Shown here one piece after another: positions 50,193-61,310 of a DNA stretch of 64,000 nt. The notes beneath the pieces are model-generated. The model was not told the DNA's origin, did not search any database, and saw nothing but the letters and a program-made list of their open reading frames with translations. The position numbers were made by a program, and so were the translations under genes. Within the stretch, counting starts at the first letter, position 1; each line of letters opens with the position of its first letter. The stretch is from the NCBI GenBank assembly GCA_973895155.1, contig OZ316893.1, positions 14,600,645 through 14,664,644 of the forward strand, read 5' to 3'. This DNA is from Marsupella aquatica (lineage: Eukaryota; Plantae; Marchantiophyta).

Positions 50193-52831
50193 CCCTGGGC
50201 CCTCACTATGTGTATATTAATGAAACCCACCTGTGAACGACCCCCTCTCCAAAAACCTTCAGTACTATTTTTTGTCCTTTTAAAAAACTCTTGTTAATAT
50301 TAATAAATTATTTTTGGACCATTAATAAAGCCCTTTGGGCTATTATAATCATCACCAAAATATCATTAAATATGCCCTTCACGTATTATAAAAAAATATG
50401 TCAAAGAGATTCTGAATTGGAAAAACTGAAATATACATATATCATTTTGAGATAACATATACTTTATGTACACATTTCCTCGTACACATGCATTTCCTCA
50501 GGAAAATAAGGAGGCACATAAGAGTCAAAGATCATGCAAGTAAAGCTTATAATTGGAACACTATCATCTATGAAAATTGTAAGAATACAACATTTGACAT
50601 ACTTAGTCCTATAGTTCATGTAAATCTAAACCTACCCAAAACTTCTATCTAATCACTTTTCACTAAAATGATAATTTTCACTAAAGCACATAAATAACTC
50701 TGGTTTAAAACACTCTCTCAGATATCATGTTTGATATACTTCATCGGAAGCAACATGCTTAAACACCTTTGTCGACTTGACCTCCTCTTCCTTAGGGGGC
50801 CAAGTATGGCCATACATTTCTTAGTTGATATAATCCTCTAGAAAATATAATCTTCTAGACAATACCATAATGCTGCAACTGGTCAAAACAGCTTTGAGCC
50901 TGAACAACAATAAACCACATATTCATTAACATTTCATGGAATGACTCACGTTTGCTTAGAAACTGAACATTAGGTAACAGTCAAAACCAGATTCTAAACC
51001 TAGACACAGTTTTCTACAATAAAATAACAAATCCATTTGAAAATTTACTTACCAAATATCACATTCAATCAATTTTGCTCTTTACAAAGTTTTCCAATGC
51101 AATTTGAATACTTTTGGATGCAAAGGATTGACTTCAAGGGTGACTGTTGATATCTCACAGTCTAAATCAATCCATTGAGGATCACACACAGAGTACCTAA
51201 ATTTCTCCTTATTATTACCAATTGGAGTAAACCAATTAAAGAACACTTTGCATGCAACTTCTGGACCAGGCCTATCAAGCAAGTCCATTGGTTCTCGTGA
51301 TCTTCCACTTGTGTTTCCATATTTCCGTTGAATAGTTTGAGCTCTTCCTATCCACCAAACATATTTTGGACTGCTGGTTACTGACACAACTGGAACTGGC
51401 AAACCACTAGGCCTCCTTCGCTTCTGTCTCCCATTCTGTGTGGTCTCAGTGCTTCTCGTCACTCTTCCCTGTGCTATCTCATCCACAAAAAATACTCCAC
51501 AATCGCTGCCGACACTCATCATCATAGTTGTAGCACCCACTCGTACTTTTGGTTTATCCACCAAATTGTTGAAGTAAAAACTTTGTTTCACCCGTGTCAA
51601 ACGATCCTTGCTAAGATGAGGGTTCCCTACCATTTGACTAACTAAAGTACTCTTATACATTATTTGACCCTCAAAACTCACAGTGGGAACAACTGTGACA
51701 CCAGACTCACCATACACTAAATCTGTGTGTATATCAGACATTACAGCATAACAGCTATCTCGAGCTATGTGTACATCTGGCACCCCATCTTCAAGCACCC
51801 CATCATGGAGGGCTGAATTTGCCTCTTCAGCTCCTATAGTGGAGGATCCAGCTACTGTACATGGACCTTCTGGAATAAGTTGTATATTTGCTATTTGTCT
51901 GGGGTTAGGTCTATCCACCAATGTTGCATCCTCATCCACCTCCAAGGATTCCACATTTATATCACACCATGGTGTGTACCTTTTGCCTCAACTTCCCATG
52001 GTGAATCCCACCATATAGTGTTTCTAGCAAATGTGGAAGGGTTCATCTGGGCCTGAGTAGCAACATCTTTGGCTAACAAAAAACCTTCTTGCAAAGCCCT
52101 CACGATATCTGTATTAGTTTCAATCCCTGTATAGTCTGTTTGACTAAATTTTCTTGGAGACCCATGTGGTACTGGGTGGAGTTTCATCCAAATATTTCTG
52201 TGTTTTTTGTGACTGTGAGCAGCTCCCACTATTCCTTCACTCAGGTCCATTGTTGTCAATCGGTTCAAAGAGGTTGCACAATCAACCAACTCAGTCAGGT
52301 CATAACTTCGTTCATGACCATTCATGCCTCCCACTTTTGAAAAAAATTGTTCACAACTATCTAATCCAGTCAGATGTAGAGGCACAGGCAACTCAGGAAA
52401 GTGGTCTATGAATTGAATAATCAAAAGTGGCACAAAATGCACAGACATATGAATGTCAAGAAATGTTTGCATAGGGATGCAATTTTGCTTGAAACTTATT
52501 GGCTGTGTATTACCACCTACAGAGTGATTCCCATGGAAACACCACATTCGCCAGAGTCTGAAAAAGAACCCCACTTTGCCACACAAAACAATCCTCTGCC
52601 TCAAGCTCAAGCTTGTATTCAGGAAAATGTCAACATAATCAGCACATATTCCCAAATAAAGTTCTGAGCCAAGAGTCATCTCTTGTCTGACATCTGGTCG
52701 ATTTCGTAACATGAAGAGTGTATTGATAAGTTTTCGACTACAAAGTCGTTGGGCACTAGTCCAATTTTTCCTGTCTGACCTTAGAACATCCTCATGATTC
52801 ATTGCATGATCTTTGACATCATACAATTCAT
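50193..52831 (-). mobile_element. DNA transposon with CCCTGGGCCCTCACT terminus, P-element-superfamily-like; interrupted by the CACTA
   Basis: The first 15 bp are identical to the left end of the MITE at 40583. It begins exactly where the Gypsy integrase breaks and carries a transposase-like remnant. Confidence 0.78.
51082..52831 (-). pseudogene. C-terminal half of a P-element-like DDE transposase (frameshift near 51960; N-terminus displaced by the CACTA)
   Basis: DRKNWTSAQRLCS resembles P/THAP9 DxMNVxxAxQLFS, and LTGLDSCEQFFSKVGGMNG resembles the catalytic-E motif QDxLENFFxxIRxxGG. Confidence 0.62.
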
Positions 52832-55800
52832 CACTAGTAGAAACCGGGGTAATTTAGACCATACCTTATAGGACTAAGCCCACTAAGTCCTTCTTCCATA
52901 CTTTAAATGACTTGCACCCATTGCCAAGGTTTTGTTAAAGACTATAAAAGACTTTGAGTGTTTTCCGGTTTAGTTAAAGACTATGAAAAGTAACCTTGCT
53001 ACTTTGTGAAGGGTGAACACTCTAGGACATCATGGGTTTTGTTCTTGGAATCACTCTAAAGGTCCACACAAAGACTAGTTTAATACAAAGTCTTACAAGG
53101 GTTCATGATAAGAGTATACTTAAGAAGGACCGGGCGACATGCTACTTTTGGGTCTAAGTGCTTAAGGACATGCCTTCTATATATCACCAACCTTAACTAA
53201 CATTGCATCGTAAATATCCATGTAACGGGTACTTTTCATAACTTAGGGTACAATTGTAGGGCTTAGGGTGGTTTCTAACCGGAATCGGAACTAATGCATC
53301 ACTATAACCCTAGCTAGGTACAACTCCCACACCATGATATATTCCGCATTGCCAACTAGTGTTGTTTTGACAGGGTCATGGGCACTAATTGACACAATGA
53401 ACAGTCCACAACTTGATTGATTTGAGTGTAAATGATGGTGCCTTTTGATCCAAGATTAATTCCACAAGGGGGGGGGGAGGGTTAGGGGGGCCCACAACTA
53501 ATTAAGTGGCCATGACTTTGTCACCAAAGGGATTTATTTAAAGTTATCCTTAACCCTCTTTAGTTTTGTGTGTTGCCTAACACTCTGGCACAAACGTACT
53601 TATTATGCTCAACGGGTCACCTCAACGGAAACGAGCTTACATGACTGCTTGCACTAAGTATTGGGTTAGGGTGAGTGTGCTTTGGTCATCAGGTGATTAT
53701 TGGGTTTTTGTGAAGGGAACTATCGAGTACTTGCGCCCCTGTGTTCGGGCCCCATTGTGCGACAGAACATTGTGCTTTGCTTCTATGAGTGGAGCATACG
53801 AGTAGGGTTTAGGGTTAATATTTTGCGAGGGAAGCTGGGAGGCGATTGTAGTCAATTGTTGCCATCCACTCCTGCGAGCGCTTTTGACAGTTCTACCTGC
53901 ATGCCCCTTACAATTGTTTGGACAAAGGAGTTCAGCAAGTGGTTTGCGCTGGTTTGGGACCTTGACAGTCGTGAGGTGGTAAGGACATTGAGGCATCCCT
54001 GAGAAGCGCTTGATGGTAAGGACATTGAGGTGTTGGAGACATTGAGGCGTTGCGGACATTGCCTTAGAGGCTCTTGAGGCCAGTGACAGCTTTTGGCGCG
54101 AAGGCAAGCGGAGATTTGTCTCCTGCCTGAGAGCTGACAGCTTCGGATTGAGACAACGTGGCACCAAGATTCAGAGAAGACTGACTGGCTGGGACCGACC
54201 GGTCTTGGGAAGTTGCAGCCGTGGAGGGACCGGGAGCGCTAAGGTACATTGCAGCTACGAGCAGCAATGCACCTGCCATAGTGACATTGAACTGCCCTGA
54301 ATCACCCTGGTTAGTCCAAACTTCCATTTGCAAGTTAGTTTTGGTAGTGGCTTTGGTTTTCTAGGCGGAATGAGCTCCGATGCCATGCATTAAGAATGTG
54401 GGAAATGCTATTTTGTAGCTTGCTACCTCATAGTGCTAATTTCAACTTCAGGTTTGCGTGGTTTTGGGCGATAAGCTTGTGGCTCATTCGGACTGAGTGA
54501 CCTTCCTGCGGGCCCTGCCCTAAGTGTTCACACTTCTCGCCGTCCCAAACTGCGAAAGGCTTCTCCCCGTTCTGTATCCCTGCTTCAGTAATTGTATTGA
54601 GGTCTTTCAATCAGTCTCATAGGGGAGGTCATTGTCTTCTCTGTAAGTTGTTGCTCCTATCGCACTACCAAGCTTGTTGAAGGGAGCTACTATCGCGAGC
54701 TGCTACCATTGCGAGCTACTACCATCGCAAGTTGTTGAGGAGAGGGCCAGTTGTTTGCGAAAGGATTTCCAGATTGTGTCGGAGGTCCAGATTTCTTGCC
54801 TGTGGGTCCCCATGTTTGCAGTTTTTTCCTGGCTTCTTGCGCAGTGCTCCGACGTAGTACCCATGATGCTAGTCTGAACGGATTCATGAGCTGTGACTGA
54901 TTTGCTGTTCAAATGATGTCTTCAACTAGAGCTACAATTAGTGTCTGCGGAGCTGCCAACCAGGTGCAGGTGTGATTGAGGTCAGTTCAACTGTTGGGTT
55001 GCCCGAATGTTCCGTTGCCATCATTTGTAACCACGAGCAATGGACTTTAGAGGCGGGATTTTCTAGGGATTTCTGCTCAACCCTTTGCTGGCTTTCTACA
55101 TTGAGGTCTATTTTGGGGTTCGGGCAAAGGGCGGAGGGCAAAGATCAAGCATTGCAGTTTTGCTAACGCTGCATGGTGGAAATTGGACCAGCCAACTCCT
55201 TGTCTACGGTGTTGTGGAGCTGGGCGAGCTGCGACAAGGGACCAAGCCAGGCGACCTGTAAATCAAAGCCCATTGACCGCTGCTGAAGGTTTGATGTTCT
55301 ATATTTGAAGCTCTCGTTTGCTTTCTATTTGTCAGTCTTTCACAACTGCGCATTAGTGTTGGCCCTATCCTCCGTCCCTCTGCTGGCCTGCTACTGACAT
55401 TTGGTTAATCATAGTTGTTCACTACTGTGCATTAGTGTTGGCCCTATCCTTCGTCCCTCTGCTAGCCTGCTACATTTGGTTAATCAAAATGCAATGTCTG
55501 TCTGAGTGAGCTGATCATCTCCAATGTAGTATGGGCTTGGGATTTACATATATGTTTCCTGCTTCCAGCAGATAGGCAATTGCTTCCAAGCTCTTTGGTG
55601 CAGACGTCTCTATGGAATGCAATGCCCTATATGCCAGAGCTTTCATATATTGGCATGTTCACATTTGCTCTTGGAATATATGATCCCGAAAGCTTCATGA
55701 GCAGTTTATGTTCAGAATTCTGTTTATGTTATTGTTTCCGTCAATTGCAGCTTGGATTTTTGAATATATGTCCTGTCATTGATGATAGAGGGTGGTTGAG

Positions 55801-58146
55801 ATTGGTTTTCGTTCTTCTTGGTAGTGGGTCAGTGTGTTGGCATTTTCCTCATGTCACTCATTCTCATCGGACGAGCTGCGGATTGGTACTGAATAGTCAT
55901 TTAGCCTATTGCTGCCTCCCACCGCCATTGCCGATTGCCGCTATCATCGTGTATTGCTTGCTTGCTTGCCACTGCCTTTGTTGGTTGCCACCCTCTTCAC
56001 ACTCTCTCGCATCTATCTTCCGATATGAACGCGCAGCCAAGCCCACCAAAAGCTCTGTCCCTACAATCCCTCCCAAATCAACTTCCTTGTTTCCTGCTGC
56101 TCATGATCACCGCATTGTTCTTCCCTATTTTTGTTTACTTATTGGTCTCTCCACACTTGTTGCTTCACATGACTATTTTGCTCCTCCCTGGATCCAAACA
56201 TGCCTTGTGCCCAATGCTCCCACGGTGGAGTGGGGTGGTGAATAGACGACCTCAACACCATTGCAATCACATTTGGATGGGTTAGTTTTTTGCAGCTTAA
56301 ACCTGTCGGGATTTTGCGCTTGTGGCGACGCTATCCTTTCTGCCACTTCATGAGTTTGTTTATGCTGCAGTGGGCGGTCTTGCGCAACTCAATGAGCCAA
56401 TTTCATTTTCCCTGTGCACTTCTATTTCTCAGAGAATTCCCTGGTCATGCTCATTTGCCCCAGAGTTAGAAAACAAAGAAGAAGAAGAGCTGACTAATTG
56501 TAATTCCAATCCATATCCTGATCGGTCAAGGATTGTGAACTACATTGGCCTTGTCATTGGCCGAGGTCACCAAATTTTGCTTGGTTTCATTCCTGTGGAG
56601 CACTGTTGTGATGGATGAATAGTTGTCGTAGCATTCTGCAAACTCTCACGGTTTGCTTATGGCCATTATTTGCAATTTGCTGCTACTAATATGTCTCCGA
56701 CTGAGCAGCATACACCGGAAGTAAGCAATAGTGGAGGTTTAACTGCACATCAACACATCCAGTGAACTACCTCTCTGCTGCTCACTGGAGGGTGAGACTT
56801 TCACTCTTTCTGGATATTGTAGTTTGTAAGCAAGTTGATTAGGAGTGTTTCATGCTATGTTTACATTGTGACCCCTAGCTGGAACCAATGGAATGACACA
56901 GTGAGTGGGAACTGATAATTTAAGGTTGGTTGCTGTTGGTGAGGCAAGTACAGCTCCTGCTCACCTTGCTGATCGAAGGTGCTTATCAGAGGACGTGAAC
57001 ACACGACACTCCACAAAAGCAACACTTATGGTGAGGACCCGCAATGCTGAACATGTGCGGCTTGCACGCAAGGCAGAGATGTTGCACCTTGAGTATGTCA
57101 GACTTGGGATCCTTCCAGCCCAGTCTGCATGGTACTTTGAGTACCCAGTTGTTGCCAGGAATAACTACAGCCGCCCTGTACCTGCTTCTCCACCCTTCCC
57201 AACATTCTTGGTATTTTTGTCTCTCGTACATGACCCGCCACAAATTAGGGCCCAAGGGTGTGTGCACAGTTGCCAGTATGACTGTCCTGCCTGTAGGGCT
57301 TCTGGCCTAGAGTTGGATGACCATTCTCTTGGATGTCGGTTTTTTCACAGAGCACAATGTATCATCTAGAACCACTCGCCATCCTGCAGTGTGCCTGGCG
57401 ATGTCACTTGTCCTGCCCTCCCAGACCCCACCACCGGTCACTTTGGTGTCTACACATATTTGGATCACACGCTGTAGAAGACCACTTGTCACACCGCATG
57501 CACAGACCAGAGACCATTGACCTATAACTTAACACTTTGACTTGAACAGAGAGGATATTTACTTAAGATTTTGAATTATGAGCAATTTTGGGTCCAGGGT
57601 TTACGGTCAACAGTACATAACTTATCCTATTATGGCTGCACTAAGTACAATATCCTAATTTAAGAGGCTAGCAAGCTCACTTAAAAGTCTCCTTTCAAAG
57701 ACTGGAATTAATGGGCCATGTGATAACCTGGAAAAAGTGATTTATGCCTAACTTATTTGTCTCATTCACTATCATAGCCTATTTAGGATGTATAAATTAC
57801 AACCCTGATCACACTGCTTGATACCAATCCTGTTCAAAAAATGCCTGTTTTACATGTCACGACTATTATATGTGATTCAAATGCATTAAATCTTGTTGCA
57901 GATCTCCTTTGGTGAATCATAGCCACAAAATTGAGGTGTAGGTGGAGCTATTGTACGAGGGGATCAGTTTTTAGTGTGGGCTCAATAAACCAAAAAGTAT
58001 GTCTACTCTGCACATGTGTATGAACATTTCATTGCAGTAGCAATTGCCACTCTAGTCTATATGCTACATTGTACTTTTTGTACACTGCACTAAATTGTAT
58101 TGTCTGTGCACTCTACTAAATTGTACTATCTGTCTCAGGCGTAGGC

Positions 58147-58827
58147 ATGGCACGCCCTAAAATCCGAGCCAAGAAGCGGGGGACAGAGGTGAGCAACACA
58201 GGTGTAGTTGGGCCAGATGGTAGTAACTTCTCCGCAAGTCAGATTTTCCAGAAGGCAGCTCATTGTTGTGCCATTTGTGACGATGGTGGTGGCTTAGCCA
58301 TATGTGAGGGCCCTTGCATGAGGCATTTCCACCTCAACCCGGAGTCTGACCTTGCTGCAGAAAACAACTGTCCAGGGGTGGGCCTCCCGTCAGCACACCA
58401 GGGAGGCTGGATGTGCACTGATTGTTTGGAGAAGCAGGCTAAGTGTGCACAGTGTGGGAAGTTGGGGTCTTATGAGGGCTCTGTTGATGCTCCACCACTT
58501 GTTAGGAAATGCCCTGACAGATATTGTGTGAGGTTCTTTTGTTTTTCATGTTTGCCCGATCTTGCCACAGCTTGCCCACTTCATAAGTGCAAGGCATGTG
58601 GTCAGCACGATGAAGATTTCTGGGTGGACATAGTCCACTGTGTTAGGTGTCCCACCATGTGGCACTTTCATTGTTTGAAGGAGCGTCAAGCAGAAGGCTA
58701 TGCTTGTGACAGACACATCTATCATCACTCTGCACATGGTGTTGATCGATCGATCTTCTATTGTCATCGCCATGCCATAGATCCTACTTTGCACACTCCC
58801 ATGAGAGATCACATTTCTTGGCTTTGA
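58147..58827 (+). CDS. Stand-alone EDM2-type PHD-finger cluster protein, 226 aa
   Basis: CAICDDGG..ICEGPCMRHFH, CGKLGS, CPLHKCKAC, CVRCPTMWHFHCL and FYCHRHAIDPTLHTPMRDHI are collinear with the EDM2 PHD region. Basic N-terminus; splice acceptor TCTCAG at 58138. Confidence 0.85.
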   Translation: MARPKIRAKKRGTEVSNTGVVGPDGSNFSASQIFQKAAHCCAICDDGGGLAICEGPCMRHFHLNPESDLAAENNCPGVGLPSAHQGGWMCTDCLEKQAKCAQCGKLGSYEGSVDAPPLVRKCPDRYCVRFFCFSCLPDLATACPLHKCKACGQHDEDFWVDIVHCVRCPTMWHFHCLKERQAEGYACDRHIYHHSAHGVDRSIFYCHRHAIDPTLHTPMRDHISWL

Positions 58828-59425
58828 ACCTGAATAATGTACATGCATAGTGCACCTGATGTGGATACCTTGGAGATTGCAGACATTCCAATTTTGAGAA
58901 GAAGGACCTCTGTAGGAGAGGATGCATAGGCAACAAGTACCCTAAGTTCATTACTTGTTCCTGGGTACATGCCTTCAAAAACTCCCCTTAAGCCTTCTAG
59001 GAACTTTTTTAACTCTGCAATCATTTTGATCACGACTTACATGACACTGCTTAAATTAAATCAGGACTTCTCATTATGAGCATATAAGTTACAAGGCTAT
59101 TTAATTTGCGAGAATTCCCTTAAAGTGTACCAACATTTTCTATTCTCATTGAATGTCTGCCCATTTACAACATCTGTATGTGGCATCACAAAACAATTGC
59201 ACTTGTCACCTTCAATATTGTCAAGGCACATATTCAAACTATGAGGTGCATGCTTGCAGGTGTCTAGTACGTTTGTCCCAATATTTCTCCCGTTTGGAAT
59301 CGGAGCAGAGACTCACCAGACGACTGGATTGGACCAAGTTATAAACGCAGCATTTTAAGGGCCCTCCGATTATCAGGTGAACGCATTATCTTCCGGTCTG
59401 CAGTGATTAGGTGGCCCGTGTGTAC

Positions 59426-60274
59426 ATGGCCTCTAGGAAACGTACAAAGGTTGACCACCCGCCTCTGTTGGCTGGAATCAAAGCCATTTTGATTCCTGGC
59501 CACTATGGGTTCACCCAAGTGAGTTGGCCAATCGTACAAAAACGATTCTCAGAGTTCCATGGGACTGAAGTCAAGGACATCACTCCACAGACTACACATG
59601 TTGTTGCGGGGACATGGCTGGATGTGATGAACAACTGGTCATGGTCCTTCATTGATTCTGCCATTACCAACCAAGGTCTAAAAGTAGTTGAAGTCTCTTG
59701 GCTGACCGATTCTGTTAAACATAGGTGTGTACAGAGTACTGAGCAATATGAGTTGTGGGAGAGTGAGGAGGCCACTGCAGAGGCTTTGGCTGAAAAGGAA
59801 GCCTATGAAGCAGCGGCAGAGAAACCCAACTTTGCTTCTGTCCAATATGGACCTGTTGTCAACATAGGACACCATCCTATGCGTGCAGATGCTATATTGA
59901 ATGAGCATGGCAAGGAGAGAAATACCATTATGAAGGGGTTCAGTGTGGTATTTGCAGTAGAAGGAATTGGGGAGACTAAGTGCAGATTGTACAAGTCTAT
60001 AGTTGTTGAGCTAGGTGGGACAGTGGAGGAGAGTCTAACAGAAACCTCCACTCATGTTGTAGGTCTGTCATACATGAAAATATGCAGAAAATTCTTTAAG
60101 ACAACAGTGCGTGATTTTGTCATGAACAACAATCTTTGGGTGCTTTCCCCTGATTGGCTTCTGGAATCAGCAGCTAGAGGGAAGCGACAGAATGCTTGGG
60201 ACTTTGATATTTTTGAGGCCTGGCCCTCCAAGATTCAGCGGAGATGTATGCTTAGCAAAGGTGGGAGAGAGTGA
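59426..60274 (+). CDS. Tandem BRCT-domain protein, 282 aa
   Basis: Two repeats with G...THVV and W(L)xxS motifs (TTHVVAG...VVEVSWLTDSV and LGGTVEESLTETSTHVVG...VLSPDWLLES). N-terminal MASRKRTK is NLS-like. Confidence 0.82.
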   Translation: MASRKRTKVDHPPLLAGIKAILIPGHYGFTQVSWPIVQKRFSEFHGTEVKDITPQTTHVVAGTWLDVMNNWSWSFIDSAITNQGLKVVEVSWLTDSVKHRCVQSTEQYELWESEEATAEALAEKEAYEAAAEKPNFASVQYGPVVNIGHHPMRADAILNEHGKERNTIMKGFSVVFAVEGIGETKCRLYKSIVVELGGTVEESLTETSTHVVGLSYMKICRKFFKTTVRDFVMNNNLWVLSPDWLLESAARGKRQNAWDFDIFEAWPSKIQRRCMLSKGGRE

Positions 60275-60450
60275 GGAGTAGGAGTCCCTCATATTTTTGT
60301 ATAAATCACAATTTTGTAATAAATATGATCCTTGAACTAACTCATCTTGTCATGGTTGGTCGCAGTTGAAGTGATTGTTGTTTCCTGCTGCGTGGGGTGT
60401 GACTGTGAATCTACTTGCTGGGCTCTGTTTGGCTGAAGACTTTGGTGGGT

Positions 60451-60984
60451 ATGCTGCCTCTTCCAGACCGTCAGGCCCTATGTAGGGTCCTCCTACGGGT
60501 TGCATCGTGCATGGCTACTGCTTGGGCTTACTTGTGTGGATTGGTAACCAGACAGAGTGTAGCTCCATCCGAGATAATGCCTGCAGACCTTGGATGTGTT
60601 GTGAATGCTGTGGTGAATGAGGATGCACAGTCGGAAGAGGATATTTACTTTTCAGCAGATGAGTTAGACAAGCACGATGCTGTAGGTGGTTCCTTGTTGC
60701 CTGATTTGGCAGATGATATAGTTCTTGCACATGTCTGGCCGAGGGTTCTTGTGGTGTCTGGCGCACAAGATATCTGCAAATATAGACTAATTAGTACCCA
60801 GTGGAGGGACTTGGTAGCAACATGTGCACCATGGAGGGCACTGCTGCCACTGCTTGTAGGCACGGATCGAAGACCACCATGGCATGAGCAGGGTTTAGAC
60901 CTTGATGACTTAATGTACATGCCTGAGTACCTCAGGGCTGAGTGGCATCGACAACAGGATTGGTATCCGTATTTGATGTGGTAG
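60451..60984 (+). CDS. Small F-box-like protein (start codon uncertain: 60451 or 60511)
   Basis: SLLPDLADDIVLAHVWPRV...CKYRLISTQWRDLV fits an LPxLPDD...R.V.K.W F-box pattern. Confidence 0.6.
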   Translation: MLPLPDRQALCRVLLRVASCMATAWAYLCGLVTRQSVAPSEIMPADLGCVVNAVVNEDAQSEEDIYFSADELDKHDAVGGSLLPDLADDIVLAHVWPRVLVVSGAQDICKYRLISTQWRDLVATCAPWRALLPLLVGTDRRPPWHEQGLDLDDLMYMPEYLRAEWHRQQDWYPYLMW

Positions 60985-61310
60985 TAAGATGAGGACATCT
61001 CACACCGGTCTCGCACCTGGCACCTGTGTCTATGACTATACATGATTGGACTCTGATATGGTCATGGATGTACGTGCAGAGGCAGTACATGTGAGGACAG
61101 CGGAGGAGTTGACACCCTCAAACATTTAGGAATTTTGTCTCATTCACTTGAGAATAGGTACATGACTCAGGCACCTATATTTTTTATTTTTTTATTTTTT
61201 TGGAACGTTACGTATTTTGGCAAGTACAGTCGAGGGTGAAATCCTTAACAGGAAGTGTATTTTTCACTTGCATAATAAAATGACAGGGTGCTGAGTGCGT
61301 GTGTATAGTG

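Noticed and set aside
55580-56618. 221-aa ORF and neighbouring ORFs inside the CACTA
   Set aside because: TTG/GTG starts, T-rich low-information composition and no motif; cannot be supported as genes.
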